Positions 1 through 15,148 are shown, counted from the first letter of the stretch. The stretch is 64,000 bases of DNA from Takakia lepidozioides (GCA_030704615.1 CM060733.1:13702001-13766000); one strand, 5' to 3'. Notes: a model not told the origin generated them from the letters alone. Numbers and translations: made by a program.

Positions 1-3000
1 ACACATACATCGCTTCGGAACGATTTCATTTTTCCTGCCTGGAGATTGTATGATCGAGATTTATGCTTGAGAGTGATTCATGCCGGAGGTAGAAGTAAGT
101 ACTATTGTCTTGTGGATTAGAGAGTCCGGGAGATGGGAACGAGTCAATGCTCTAGCACGAGAGGTGTCGGTAATATCGTTCTTTCGAACAAGGGGAGATT
201 TCTCGGAGATGTAAGGCTTTCCCTGCAAAAATATCGGCCCTTGCGGGAAAGTTGGATTTCTTGTACAGACGCTAGGGAAAGCTCCATAGATCGATCACCA
301 CTATAATGAGGGAATGTTGTAATTCTGTACCAGGGAAGTTTACAAGGAAATCGGTAGGTTGTGTTGCAGGGAACCTTGGAGTTTAGGGGAAATTCCATAA
401 TTCCTGCTTCCGATACGTTTGCTCGCTCTATCACTGCCGCTTTCGCCAACTGCCTCATTCTTGCCCACAAATTCGGCGAACTTCACATTCCTTAGAACAC
501 TGTGTGGTACAAACCGATTCACTGGTTGTCGCGAAACTTGAATCAGCGAGCTTACGGTCTTTTGGGAAGATCCAAGGTGGGAGTACTGTCAACATGAGAT
601 CACAACACCTCCATGTTACCGGGCTCCGGGGATAGGTTACAGAAAAAAACACACTAACCGTGAGGCCGCGCTATCTGCAGGTATAGCTCTAGAAAATGAG
701 GAAGACATACATTATAGAAACCTAAAACCATCTAATAAATTCAGATGAGACAATCTGATCTGTGAGGTTCCGGCTCTAACACACGGAATCCATTGTTCAC
801 GTGCCCCAGTTTTTGAGGAAATGCCTCCACACAGCTACAATTCTTTGGAGAAAAATCGAGGGAGAAAAAGAGGGAGAAAAATAGAGCCTGAAAGGGCAGA
901 ATATGCATGTTCCTTTCATAAAGGATTCACTTTGAGATGAGGACCTCGATCTCAAGTGAATAGTCTTGAAATTTGTCCTATAATCCTGTGGATCTCAATT
1001 CTAAATCATAGCCACAGTTTAGAAAGATTGCCCTCAATTGACGGCAATATTTTGCAACAGGTCTGGTGGCCGGTACAAAGCTGTACAGGTAGTATGTCTG
1101 AGGCAGCTCCTGCAAGTTTCCTCAACTGAAGGAAGCCCAACCTGCCTCACATGATTGTGGCCAACTACTCGAATTACAGTTTAAATTCGGGGGAGGGGTG
1201 TCATCATAGCGGCACCATACACACGGAGATTCTAATATAACCTTTTCTCTTCACTCCTTCAAACCTGACCGTCTTTGAGTTGGACCACTACATAATATTA
1301 ACATCCACTAGAAGGAGATCAGATCGAGTTTAGCTTTCGAACCAATAAACTCTAAGGAATTCAATAGGATCCTTGCCTACCAGCAGCGATATATTATTGT
1401 GGAGAAACTAAAGGCGGCCACTGGTGAACTTTAGATCCAAACTACAACTATATACTAAGCATCCTCACCAATGGTATAGAGCCATTTCGGCATGAAAAAT
1501 CAAAGATCATAAGAGAGTAGATCTACTCCAAGCTGGTCACAAACTATATCTAAACCAGATCAGTACTGTGTATGAGTTGTATATGTACGTTGGAGCCTTC
1601 TCGACCCCTTTAATGACACTTTCTTCCCATCATGGCAAGTTCCTTGCTTCTTAACTACGTCCTCGAGATCCAGAAGTTTGCTGACATGCTTGAGTTCGAG
1701 TTGGTGCTGGTAGCTGTTCCGGAGTTTCAACGCGCTGGCCCTCATTTTCTCTTGAATCGCCATCGACAAACCCTCCTTAGGCTTTCCCTTCTCCATGAAG
1801 CCCATCACTTCCTCCACCTGCCTCCTCAATGGCTTCAGCTCATTAGACTTGGACCGCTTCTTGGAGAAATTATCGAAGGCCACCTCCTTCACCTTCATCT
1901 TTGCAGGCTCCTTCAAGATCTTGATATGGAGGGATCCACTTGCAGTCACCGTGGCGAAAATCGCCATATAGCCCCGCTTCACCATATTCACGAGCAAATG
2001 ATGGCAAGACAATAAGGGCAAGGTCGATAAAGAGGATGAGAGAGAAAGAATAAGAAGAGGCTCCAGAATAAAGAAGAAGAGCACAGGGCCAGACGTAAAT
2101 GAGAAGAGAGAAGGAGCGATCCCGCGCTATGGCAGAGAACAGTAGGGCGCCGCGTGGCATCCAAATCAGGATACCTGCCACCTTTTTCTCTTAAAATGCA
2201 AACTAAAAATACCAAAAGGAACTAATGTTTTTACTTTTGCCCGGCTGTAGCCAAGTGGCCTCAATCCGCTGATCAAACAGTGCAGATCGATTCATCATGG
2301 GGCTGCAATCACCCCCTCTGCCATAGTAAACATCGGCAACTGAGATGCCTGTACCTATAATGAGTCATGAATGGGTGCAAGTGATAACTTAATTTCTTTG
2401 AAGGTCAAATTTTGATTTGTACATAAGATCCACACAGGTTCAGACTTTGCAGTGTAGGTATGTACGGATGTACCAACAGTTATTCATGATTGAATCTCCC
2501 TTATATTTGCAAGCAATCTTTTCACCCGGGGCCAGGGCATCGACCTGCCTGATTGTTTCTTTCGGTCCCCGTCAAATCTATGAAGCTCAAGGTGCATGGG
2601 ATCCGGAGTGCTGGAGCCTGAAATCTGTTGCTTCTGAGACCCCCTTCTCCACCGTGTTCAAATGGAATTCATAGTCCAGGGCTGTATGTGTACATGAAGT
2701 ACTTGAGTATAAATAAATTTCATGTCTCAATAAGATGTTGCAAGTACATCAAAATTCGCCACAAAAACAAATTTAGAGAGACAGTGGCTTGCAATCTTTT
2801 TTTACTGCAGAATAGTCAACAGGAGAATTTCTCCTCCGCTATACAATATGTGCATCCTATATGTCAGACTTCACCCAGTGATCATACAGTTTTAGATATC
2901 ATTACAGTTTTACACCTGTTTTACACCAGCTTAGACATTTTGGAAATTCAATTCATGAGTCCTACGAGTTTTGAGAGCCCATTTCCACTGCGGGGATTAG

Positions 3001-4462
3001 CAATAACACTGTAATCTGTTCATAGAAAGGAAGTCCCCTCTCCATTCTTTCCGTATCGCCCTAAGAAATTTATCATTGTTCAGAGTGACAGTCGCATCCC
3101 TAACTACGCGGAGGGTCTGTTTCGTTTTGTACATGATGTGTTTCAGCTTCCTCGTTTAATTTCCAGGGCTTTGCAGCGCGGCCCCACGGTAGTCTGCAAT
3201 GGATTTGTCGGAGGGTCATATCTCTTTCGTGGACAATGTCGTTTTCTGTGCCGTCTTCTCACATAATGTTCTGTTCACCTCAGCCGGATTGTGCCGGATC
3301 GCAATAAAAATTGCGGGCTGTTTTTTACCTTACAACTTGCTGCAGGAGGCTGGTTCTTTCCTACCTATATGTCCCGAAGGGGCCGTGGTAGATACCTAGT
3401 GTCCTTGGGGATAAATTTCAGGGAGTTCATCCTTTTTCTAATGCCAGATTAAGGTAGTTACAACATGATAGTAAAGCCACTGGCCACCAACACCCCCTAC
3501 CTTCAGAACATGACTATAGACATGAGTGAACAATCTTCTCTTAGGAGTGACATACAAGTACCTATTAAGAGAGAGTAGTAATGCTTTACATAGACCAACA
3601 CCCCTACCTTCAGTCACGGTATAGATAGGGAAGAAGAGCAGTCGGCGCGCTGCAAAACACCAGGCAGAGGGAGTTGGCCTTTCAACGCCGAAGGTGTTCA
3701 ATGAAACAGACTGTCCCCATTAAACACGGGTAGCATAGTAGGGCTTAAAGGAAGTGCCATATAGATGCCCACTATCATTGTTCACATGGTTTGCTCCAGC
3801 TGGATGTGGGCCTTATGTGAAGGTATTTAGGAGTTAGAGCTCAGAAAACTTGTGCTTAGTGAGCTTCCTTGCCAACCTATACGCGCTATGATGTCTCGTA
3901 TAGGGCCTTTGATATCCTGCTTTAGAGGGAACAATTTGGACTCAGAATAGCTAAGGTACTATTGCACACAGCACAGATGTGGTACATGTGTTCGGGGGTC
4001 CGCGAGTAAAACATACTTGCCAGTCAGTGAAGATTTATGCATTGAATTAAGCTCTTCTGCCCACTACTTCATGTGTGAAGACAGAATGCTTGGCAGCTAA
4101 AATTTGGCCCCTCATATTTTGCTCGGTTAATAGTTAAATCTTAAGATCTGATGGTATCGAAATCTTCCACTGAAATTTTGGAATTAGAACAAACAAACTG
4201 TCTAAACACACGTAAAAGCTCGCCTAGCTCGTCACCCTTGCCGGTTGGAAGATGAGCCTTACCTTACTCCACATCAAATGAGGAGCTGTTGATGGACTCC
4301 ACTATGACAAGCACATAGCCGCGCACAAAACTGAAGCCTCCGCTATGCTGATGAGACTTGCACATATGCGATGGCTGTGATTGCCGCTGCAGTGCCGTCG
4401 GACACATGAGTGTATTTGACTGTTTGACTGTATCTGACTCAAACTTCCCTTTTCTTTCCCAG

Positions 4463-5367
<905 letters not shown>

Positions 5368-5610
5368 GTCATTCTATCTCTCTGTCCCTCCAACAACGCT
5401 GGTGTCTGTTAAGCGTCCGTTCTACATGTGGTTCGAGTCTGCTTCTACTGTTCTTTCCTCTCTTTCTCTATGATTCGGAACTTTTTGTCCGATTAGTTCA
5501 CGATGACTAGAATCCAAACAGGCCTCAGAATTTCAACTCTCTCTTCACTCATCCCAGGGTGCCAAGTAAGCAGCCGATGTGGCCAGTGTTGGGAGGGTGT
5601 ATTGATTGTG

Positions 5611-5715
5611 CTACCCTTGAGCAGGTAGCCCAGTGGTTGGGTATTTGTGCCTTGTCTGTGCATAACCGAAGTGATCCTGGGTTCAATCCTTCAAACATGT
5701 GCCTTCAAATCGTCC
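5611..5715 (+). repeat. tRNA-like (Pol III A/B box) repeat, copy 1
   Basis: Contains GGTAGCCCAGTGG (A-box-like) and GGGTTCAATCC (B-box-like). A closely similar copy lies at 6257-6360. Confidence 0.55.
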
Positions 5716-5793
5716 ATTGGCCCCTCGATGGGCTGTGTGTTAAGCAGTAGGCTCTGTAAATTCACTGGACGATAAACAACTTTATCTTTTATC

Positions 5794-5990
5794 TTTACCC
5801 TGGGGTAAGTGTAAGATTATAATGTTGTTTTGAAAACTTTTACCCCTCCCGATAACGATATATGTAAATCTTTGGTAGAGATTTACCCTGGGGATAAGGG
5901 TAAGATTATAATGTTGTTTTGAAAAAATTTACCCTCCCGATAACGATATATGTAAATTTTTGGTAGAGATTTACCCTCAGGATAAGGGTA
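5794..5990. repeat. Tandem repeat, ~89-bp unit, ~2.2 copies
   Basis: GTAAGATTATAATGTTGTTTTGAAAA occurs at 5811 and 5900, followed by matching downstream sequence. Confidence 0.8.
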
Positions 5991-6256
5991 TTGGGTACCA
6001 CATATTCCTTGAGTGTAAGGGTAATTGCTGGATAAGGGCATATCTTGGGGTAGTTATAGACAATAAATTAATTACCATCATTAGCATATAACATTATTTT
6101 TTATTGTTTTATTTTTGTGGCTCAATTAGTCCTCACTTATCATATGCTCATGTAAGCCCCCATGTAATGGCCCTAGTTCCGAATAAACACAACATATTTG
6201 TAGGCGCTTAGGAGGGAGAAAGTGGCGCTTGCCCTCTCTATTGCTAGTACAACACA

Positions 6257-6360
6257 CTACACTTGAGTAGGTAGCCTAGTGGTTGGGTGTTTGTGCCTTG
6301 CCTGTGCATAACCTAGGTCATCCTGGGTCCAATCCTTCAACACAAGCCTTCTAATCGTCC
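6257..6360 (+). repeat. tRNA-like (Pol III A/B box) repeat, copy 2
   Basis: GGTAGCCTAGTGG ... GGGTCCAATCC, a direct repeat of 5611-5715. Confidence 0.55.
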
Positions 6361-6389
6361 TGAGCATGGATCAGATCTCTAGAACGATC

Positions 6390-6645
6390 CTACAAACGTT
6401 TGGTTCGCTGATAGTGCTTGTTCACAACACTTGACAAATAAGAGACACTGGTTTAAGAATCTAAAAACCGATAGATGGACCAGGATGGAGAGTTCATGCA
6501 ATCAAGGATATCTCTATTGATGTCGTGGCCCACTTTGACATTGATGTGCGCATGATTTTATAAATAATGAGTGGCACATGGGAGTTCTGCATGATGTGCT
6601 TTATGTTCTAGATTTGCGGAGAAATCTATTTTCCATTGCTTCGGC
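6390..6645 (+). mobile_element. Ty1/Copia pol fragment (protease region), degenerate
   Basis: NVWFADSACSQHLTNKRHWFKNL matches the Copia protease W-x-x-DSGAS-x-H motif, followed by VLHDVLYVLDLRRNLFSI. Confidence 0.75.
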
Positions 6646-8928
6646 CATGCAGAAAGGTGTCATTTACACAGCAGACAAACATGGCACAAGGGATACAACC
6701 CCCCCACTTCAAGGACAATCCCCGTTTCGAACTGTCATAAATCCAATAGTGTTCATTTAGCAAATTGAGATTAGTGGTACTGTGACTAAAGATAGAAGCA
6801 CTTTGGGGCTGAGGAAGATAGAGGTAGTGATAATGCTCACTCCTATTTGAATGGTAAATACTGGACTCACCTCCATGTGCGGTGAAGACCTGGGACCATG
6901 CATGGCTGTCTTCTATTCCCTCCACCCACTGGCTGACGTCTGAAGACACACCATACATATCACTGCAATCACTGTGACTGTTACAATATTTCTAATGAAG
7001 TGATCTCATTCTGCATGCATATTGTGGAACACTGAAACTAGATGAACCCTAAACCCCAAAATGGATGAAGTACCCAACCCCTTGAGAATGGATGAACTAA
7101 AAACTCTGTAATGGATGATGTTAAAAAAATGATAGAGATGGCGTGAGGTAGTCGCGCCAGGAACAATGGCGGACACGAAGAAGAAGAGCATGAAGACCAG
7201 CGCTATGGGATTTCGGTTGTGTTCAGGAGCTGGATTACATGAGCTTTTGTTTTTGACTTATTGTGTCGTGAAAGATGGAGTACAATGGTAAGTACATCCT
7301 GTCTTTCAAAGCATCTCGAGTAGGAGCATTCACTCACAGTCATTTGTAGCGGCGACTGAAGAAATGCATTTGAAGAACTCCACAAGTAACTTCAATTTTG
7401 GCTATATCCGAAACTCTTGTGGTTTGCTGAGAGGAGTCCTAATCCCACCCTTGCACAAGAGTAGTATCCATCCTTCGTAGGGAGCGGGCCATTGCTCAAG
7501 CTATAAGTGGTCCTCTCTCCCTCTTTCTCTCTCTGCCCTGTTCTAGACACGCCGCGTAATAGCTTTCTCTATAGTAGCACTATAGAATCGACTCAGCCTT
7601 TTAGGATAATGTTTAAGCTAATAGGGCATTGAACACCTGATTCCCTGTAATTGGCTGAAATTCCACAAATGGTTTGTCCGTTTTACTGTTTGTGAGAGAG
7701 GGTAGAAACGAGGGGTAGTTGTTTATGTGGGATGACCATTGATTCGTCTAGGCGAGAGTGTCAACAAACACCTAGGAAATGCCACAAACAGGTAGAGGGG
7801 CAGGGCTGGGACACACTTTACAGTCGCATGAGTCTTACTCGTTGTAGACCTTGCCACAACTGGAAACAGTAATAGAGTTCAACCATTAATTAATGTTGAA
7901 CAAGTGTAAGTTAGAGGATGAGTTGCTGGAGGTGCCTGGAGGACTCCAATGAGATTCAAGGTTCCACACGGCGGACCAAGTTCTAATAACCCTATGGAGG
8001 TATTTTATCTCCTTTAGTTCATTTAGGCTTGGAGTTTGAGATCATGTGTCCGTTGTGAGCGTTACCAGGGCAAAGAATGAGAATAATGAATCTGTATTGT
8101 GATGAATATTGAAACCCTGGAATTTAGCACTGTCCACGTTGGTTTAAAATGTATAATTGTGATACTTCAGTGAAATGAGCCTGAAAAATCATGTAAGTCT
8201 GAGTGTTCTTACTCACCTGTGATGACTCAGAACTATTGCCAGTGCCTCTTTGACTTGTTATACAGTCTGATGAAACAATTGGCTGCCTGGGTATGATATA
8301 CTAAACCATGCAGATGGGACCTTTGGCTTACTGTTGATACCTTCTTTCAAAATTATGAAGCTTGAGGTCTTTTGTATCACTGGAGTTTAAAAACGGTCTG
8401 AAGTTCTTAACAATTACACGTATGAATCATCTGCAATTATTTTTTCTGAATGCTATGAGTATGAGTATTCATGTGCACAGTTTACGATTACTAGTCACAA
8501 GTTTTGGCATGTGTCAAGTTCTTGTGTAGCTTTGCTGCGACATTTGGCAACCTAATTGCCATATGCAGAACTCTGTAATTGTGTACCTGCTTACTTTTGT
8601 TGTCTCTTCTTGGCTTTTAGATTGTCTCTATAGCCAGATACAATGTGACACATTTAAATGCCTTGCATAATGAGTGCTTGTCGGCCTAGACCACTCTTCC
8701 TAGTTGTTGATACAAAACACAATTTGGTTGCTGGTTTCAGTTATATTGCGGATCTCCTATGGCTGCCTTTGAATTGCCTGGCGATTCATGCTCAGATTCC
8801 CCCCAAGTTTGAAAACGAAGACTCTCAGTCTTCCTGCTTCCTGCTTCCTGCTTCCTGCTTCACATTTACAAGCCCTGAAATGTGGGAGACACCTCTTTTA
8901 GCCAAGACTAATGGAATTTTGTTTGCAG

Positions 8929-11450
8929 ATGAAGCAACCCCTTGTACCAAGATCTGTTCTGTCCAATAAAGAGGATGTTGAAGTGCTTACAATTACGAAA
9001 AGATTAACGCATGGAGAACATCGAGAGAAACAATGCGAAGTTGCGCGAACCGAATCCGCCGCCCTTGCAACAAGCTTTGAAGAAACTTGCAAAGACTTCA
9101 AACAAGGTGCCTTAATTGGACCTATTCCCTGCTCATTTAGGTTGTCACATGAATAGGGTGAATGATCCCCTTTAGTGTCCTAGCTGCCAGAGGTCAGGTA
9201 CTATGCATGAATGCCAAACAGTTTGCATTTCGAGGGGTTTTGAGTAGTTGTCTTGACTCTCAGCCATCTTCTTCTTTAAGTTCAAGAGTGGCTTAGCAGG
9301 AAAGATGGGGCAGCTTGTGGCATAATGGCATATATCAAGGTTGTCTTCTTACTATTCCAACTCGGTGAATGGCTTTACTTGCCTCAAACTCGTTTTGACC
9401 TAGCTGTCGCTATTTTTCCTTACTCTCTCTCTCAACTACTGCACTGTCCATGTCATCTCAACTACTACACTGTCCATGTCAATAGTGTGTGTGTTTTTTT
9501 ATGAATGCTTGCTTTCACTCCTTGTGCAGCATTTTTGAAAGATGTTAAGGGGCAGTTGCAGGATTGGGTGGATCAAAAGCGGCACATAAGAGTCCACTGG
9601 AAGTCCATGGATTTATTTTTTTTAAATGGGTCTATTGCTTTCAGTTTATTTTCTGAAGATAGATAGTAGTATACATAAATTTTTATAGTAAAAGTCTCCT
9701 CCAAATATTGAAACATTCTTACTAGATATTTTAATATTTTAAAAAATTTCAAAAACATTTAGACGTCAAAATCTAGAGTTTACAACCACTTGTCCATATA
9801 CCACATTACACCTCTAGATTATAGTTTTGTATGTCCGTTTAGTAAATGGGCTTTTGAGGTGTCATATTTTACTGCAAATGATACAAAAATGTAATCTACA
9901 ATGGCTTGATTATATATGGACAAATCGATGTAAACTCTAATTTCTGATACATCAAATTTTATTCAAATTAAAGAATTAAAAATTATAGAACAAAATTATC
10001 TTGATGTTTGGGGTAAACTTCTTTACTAAAACCGTTAATTATACCATTGTCTATCATCATTTAAATTATTTGTGAAATATCATTAATTTAAAATTTGGTC
10101 ATGGACTTCTATGGAAGCAGCATCTGTCGTTTTTGGTCCACCTTAGCGTGCAACTACCCCTATACCATATAAATTTAGATGAAATATTGAGTTGTTGGAC
10201 AAATATGGGTAAAATCATGGAGGGAGGTCACTGCAGAAACTGCCATGTTACACAAAAATTAAGACACCCAATCCTGCAAATACCTTAAGGTATTATCTCA
10301 AGGGCAGTGATTAGTCGTGACAGCTCAAAAACCTAGAGACATAGGCTGAACTAAACATAATATCAACTCTTCTGAATTTATCTATCTTGCAGCTTGTGGT
10401 TATTACCAACACAGAACAGCCACAGAAAAGGGTTGAGCTGCAACGGTTGCAGATCCTCCAGCATCTGCAAGCCTTCGCTCAGGAAGGTGATGCAGGTGTT
10501 GCTCAAATTTTAGATGCCACTGGGCTAAAAACTTGGAATTGTGACCAGAAAAGTAGATCATCATGTGAGGCATCTGAAGGAAGCATTATGATTACAACGC
10601 CACAAACAAAATGACGTTTAATGCTACAGGTGCCCACATACAATGATATCTTCAACCCATCTGCTAGCAGATTTCGAGAGACAAGAAAAAAGTATGGTAA
10701 AGAGTGCTTGTGTAGGACCTGGCACACACAATATCTCTCTTTCATGCATAATAGAAAGATTCTGAAAGCATGGTTGGTTGAGGCTGGGTTTTTTACTTAT
10801 CCTCCTAATCTTCAAGAGGATGTTGAAGCGCGCATCGAGGTCAAGAAGTTGATTGAGCAGAAGTGCTCAGACATGGAAGCTCTCAATTTTGCATCTATAA
10901 CATATAGATGGCAACCCAGTGATATCTACGAGGCCACCAAAGAACTCTTACATTACTGGAAGAAAAAACACAATGTAGTCTGCAAGCTTGATTGCTCCTT
11001 ACAACCCATGTTGGATCTTGTTCCTCAGCCTGATTTTCAAGTTTTAATCTGAACATTGATTTAAAGCAATATGTATGTCTTCTACCACTAGTACGTTTGT
11101 CCAATTATGCATGCTTAGAGAGTTCGTTTGTTTCATTGTCTTTAAAACATCTTTGGCCACTACATCTGAATTGGTCAAATTGTAAATTGAGAATAAACTC
11201 AACAGAACCGTGGCTGGAATTGCAAGTTGAGATGGCATTGGATGACGTAGTGGATGGAGTTGTCATCAGCCTTCCTGAAGCATCCGCTGAGCTCGAGAAA
11301 AAATTGCCAATTGTGCCGAAGAAGAAGAAAAAGAGGAAGATGGAGGATATTGGATGATGTAGGTGAGGGAGCTGTCCTCAACCTTCTTGAAGCATCCGCT
11401 GAGCTCGGGAAAAAGGTGGCAGCTGTGAAGAAGAAGCAGAAGAAGGTAAA
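8929..11450 (+). other. Unassigned multi-exon coding-like remnant (exon-like blocks ~8929-9106, 10393-10486, 10630-11000, 11227-11447)
   Basis: Open blocks bounded by CAG/GT, for example VPTYNDIFNPSASRFRETRKKYG...WQPSDIYEATKELLHYWKKK, plus a ~114-bp internal duplication with Lys-rich ends. No family recognised. Confidence 0.3.
9549..10160. mobile_element. MITE, Tourist/PIF-Harbinger-like
   Basis: Imperfect TIRs GGGGCAGTTGCAGGATTGGGTGGATCAAAAGCG and (reverse complement) GGGGTAGTTGCACGCTAAGGTGGACCAAAAACG, extending to AAGTCCATG. The interior is AT-rich and the flanks are TAA and TAT. Confidence 0.7.
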
Positions 11451-12519
11451 ATTCTCAATATCCAATAGGTTTCTCTATCCGAATCGTCTGACAAGGCCAT
11501 CGGGTGCTGACCTACCCTCGAAAATATTATCAAATGCAGCCTTCCTTGGATCTAAATAGTGAGGTGAATATGCAGTGAAATGGTTAATGTCGCGGCCCTT
11601 TGCCTTGAGGGCAGGGGGTCCACGAGAGGGGCTGCCCTTGTGGTGGGGGCGGTGGCAACAATAGATGAGGGGGCTGAAGCACCCTTGAGTGCCCAATGCA
11701 CTCAAGAAGGCGGAGGTGCTCACTAGGTGGAGCCCCGTACACCGGGTTGCGGTGGGGGTGGTTCCACGAGGGGTGGTGGTAGCTTAGCGGGACTTAGTGG
11801 GGGTGGCATAGGACTCACCATGGGGCGGAGACCTTGTGGTGGGAGTCGTGGGGAGTCTTGGGACTCATCACGGTCCAATGGGGCCGTGGTGGGTGGGCCA
11901 AGACTCACCGCGACTCATCACCAGGAATCGAGGGTCTTCGTGGTGGTTCGCCATAAAATGATGGTGTTGTTTGTGGAACCCCCGCGGACAGTCAGAGAAA
12001 TATATATAGGAAGTAGTAACCCCGAGAACGGTGCAAGCCCGTTGGTGACCAAAAACTAGTGGGTAAGCGAGCGAGCCGGAAAGCGACCAAGGAGTGGGGA
12101 GTTATTCCGGACTGCCATCTACCAAGGGGAATTTCCACTAGGCCCAAATTGGTGGAGGGTTCCTTGGAAGAGTAAAGGGGGACCGTTATGTCCCGCTGAG
12201 CAGCCGAAGCTCCGAGTTGGCCTGGCGGCCAGGTTGGGAGTTAGGCGCGCGCATCAAAGCGAGTAACTATGACTTGAAGGGGAGCTTACCGAAGTGAGGT
12301 GTGCGACAGTTAAGCTAGAAAGCCAGAGTGGACTTCAGTTGAGGATGATCTTGTGATCTTGTCTGGAGCAGGGTACGATCAATGACGGAGAAGAAGCTGG
12401 ACCTGCCAGTTCGGCGCCTCCGCCAATGAGATCTTCTATAGAGACCGAGCTGCTCAAGAAAGTGACGATGTTGGAGAGCCTTCTCAAACAGCAAAGGTAC
12501 TAAAGCACCAGGCTCTTGC

Positions 12520-13990
12520 TTTCTATTGTTTGGAATTTTTTATTACTTGCGATCACAGCGGGTGAAAATGTTTTAGGAAGGCGGCATAGGATTCTAGCTT
12601 GAGGTGGGGGGGCATGTACGGCCAGGATAGGCCGGAAAGGAATAAGGGATGATGGGAAAGTTACCGACAGGGTAGTGGTCTGAGTTGCATAAGCTGTCGA
12701 TATGGACATGGCTATTGAGGAAGGTACGGATCTCATTCTGCGTTTCGAGGTAGTAACCGTCTAGGAGATTTAAGGATGAGTAGTTGAGCCCACCTTGTCT
12801 AGAGTAGTGGTGATCTGTGGGTATGTACTGGAGGTGGTGTGACTGGGTAAATTTTGCCCATTCATGGTCTGATGGTGAAGGGGGTTTACGCGTGCTATTG
12901 TATGTATGACCCATGAGGGCGATGTCACTGTTGAAATCGCCTGCTAATATGAAGTGTTGTGGGTGAGTTAAATTTTGGGTGAGTGTGTTGGAGATGGTGA
13001 GTAAGATTTCTGGGATTAGGGGGAGGTCATCCACGTGTGATGGCATGTATAAGTGTATGAGTGTAATGGGGGGGAGCGCGGGGAGTAGCAGTTTAATGAT
13101 TTTGAGATGTGATCGAAGAGGGGGAGCGACTGGGACTTTGATCGTGGTACTAGGAGAGTGATGTGTACGGAGGATACCAAAAGCAACTCCACCACGAGTG
13201 GGATGATATGGAACGGAACGTCTGGTAAGACATTGCTCTGTCGTATACGCGTTGCCATACAACATGTAGTATGCTGGGATAAGCTTGCTTATATAAGAGC
13301 CATTGAGTCTTTGTGTATTGAGTTTGGTTTCTTGTAAAAGAATGATATGTGGTGAGGTAGAGTCTGTGAGATGTATTAGACTTTGAGTGTTGGTGGCAAG
13401 TGCACCTACATTCCAAGTTGTGATGTTGAGTGAGTGTGCACGTTGGGAGGGAACAGTGGGTGGAGTGCTGGGGAGTTGGGGAGAGGCTGGCGACGGAGTT
13501 CGGGTGGGACTATGGGTGTGTGATGCTAGTGGTGGGGTTGTTGGTGTTGTCTCGGGCCTAGGTTGATATCCAGGAATGCTTGCTTTGGCTTGGAGGGTTG
13601 CAGTGAGGATGTTTTGTGATAGGAATGGAAATTTGTTGGTTATAGTGTCAAGTTCTTGTATGTTTGTATATGTGTCGACTAAATGTTCACTTAATATTTG
13701 GTGGACTTCGCCGGGTTTGGTCTGTAGTAAATGTAGAGATTCGTGAAGGTTATGCCGGAGATGTGGGGGTGCTAGGTAGTTGTGGGGGTGTGTGGGTAGG
13801 CTGCGTAATTTTTGTAGAAGTGAGCGTGTTTGTGTGTCTGGATGGGTTGCCAGGTAGTCGTTACATATTGATGGGATTGGAGATGGTGATAATTAGTGAA
13901 AAGAGAATGTGTTGTTTAGGATATGGATGAAGTTTATGAGTGACAGTGACTAGCGTTAAGTTCTGGCAGGCAGGGAGTCCGAAAGTGGCT
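12520..13990 (-). mobile_element. Non-LTR retrotransposon (LINE) fragment with APE endonuclease domain
   Basis: SLNITTWNVG (~13434), LQETK, GGVA, LYMP, FILAGDFN, LDGYY and SDHYPV occur in the standard APE order. The RT domain is absent. Confidence 0.85.
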
Positions 13991-14443
13991 ATCGGTTGTG
14001 TGGAAGAGCTCCTATTCTGTCAGTTACCAACGCAATTCCATTAGTGACGAAGGTCAACGAAGGTGAACAAGAACATTTCAATCTGCACAACAAACCTGCC
14101 CGGAAAAAAATAAATTTTAGAGTTGAATACAAGATCACATTCCAAAAAGCAAAAAGTACCTTATACAAGGACAGAAGAGCTATCTTCGTTCAACTTAGGT
14201 CCAACAAATATATATATTTTTCACCAGCATCACTGGACTTTTTCATAGCATACGATAATCCAAGTTAGAGATTAAAACGGCTAAAAAACATGCAGAATTC
14301 TTCCACGTTAGAAGTTTTTTTTTTTTTTTTTTTGTTTTTGTTTTTGTTTTTGTTTGACATCCATTTATTTCATTTTTACCTTTATGTTCTCCCGGTTAGC
14401 CTCCACCTTCGGCAGCCAAAGGTGGCATGTCACTACAATGTTC

Positions 14444-14444
<1 letters not shown>

Positions 14445-14476
<32 letters not shown>

Positions 14477-14482
14477 TTATTA
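14445..14482. repeat. (TTA)n microsatellite
   Basis: Direct reading of the sequence. Confidence 0.9.
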
Positions 14483-14487
14483 TAAAG

Positions 14488-15148
14488 ATTCTGCAGGCAC
14501 CAAGCAAGGCCTTCCACACCACAACATCTGGATTGATTGGCATTTTAGTAATCAGGTCCACTGCCTCATGTACTTGTCCCGCTCGTCCAGAAGGTCCACC
14601 ATGCAGCCAAAGTGCTTTACTGGCGGGGTGACACCATGATCTTGACTCAAGCAATCGAAGTAGCGTCTTCCTTCATTCTATAGGCCAGTGTGGCTGCATG
14701 CAGAGAAAACACATATAAAGGTAATACTGTCCGGCTTCAAGCCGTTCTTTTGCATTCCTTCAAATAGTTGCAGGACCTCCCTATGACAACCATGCTGGGC
14801 ATATCCTGCGATCATCGGATTCCACGACACCACATTTCATTCAGCCACATTGTCAAATACTCCCTTTGCATTCTCAATGCACCCACATGTCGCATACATG
14901 TTCATCAGGGCAGTGTCCAGAATGACATTTGGTACAATTCCAGCTTTGATGATGTCGCCATGCATCCTTTGCCTTTTTCCAAGGCTGCCAAGCTTGCACA
15001 AGCATTGCAAACGCACACAAACGTGATGTGGTTGCACTTCACCCGTTCCCCCATCATTTGCTCATAGGTCTCCAAGGCCTCCATCCCGCACCCTTGTTGT
15101 GCATATCCTACAAGCATGGCGTTCCAGGACACCAAATCTCGTTCTTTA
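14488..15148 (-). pseudogene. PLS-class pentatricopeptide repeat (PPR) gene fragment
   Basis: Translates to RDLVSWNAMLVGYAQQG, ITFVCVCNACASLAALEKG, TALMNMYATCG, KPDSITFICVFSACSH, GRAGQVHEA and VVVWKALLGACRI, with frameshifts and stops. Confidence 0.9.

Noticed and set aside
1-2215. Minus-strand ORFs 144-470 and 1560-2084
   Set aside because: Possibly a decayed TE or gene, but no motif I can support.
11465-12060. Pro-rich minus-strand ORF pieces, possibly LINE ORF1 or 5' region
   Set aside because: The composition resembles the neighbouring LINE fragment, but there is no diagnostic motif.
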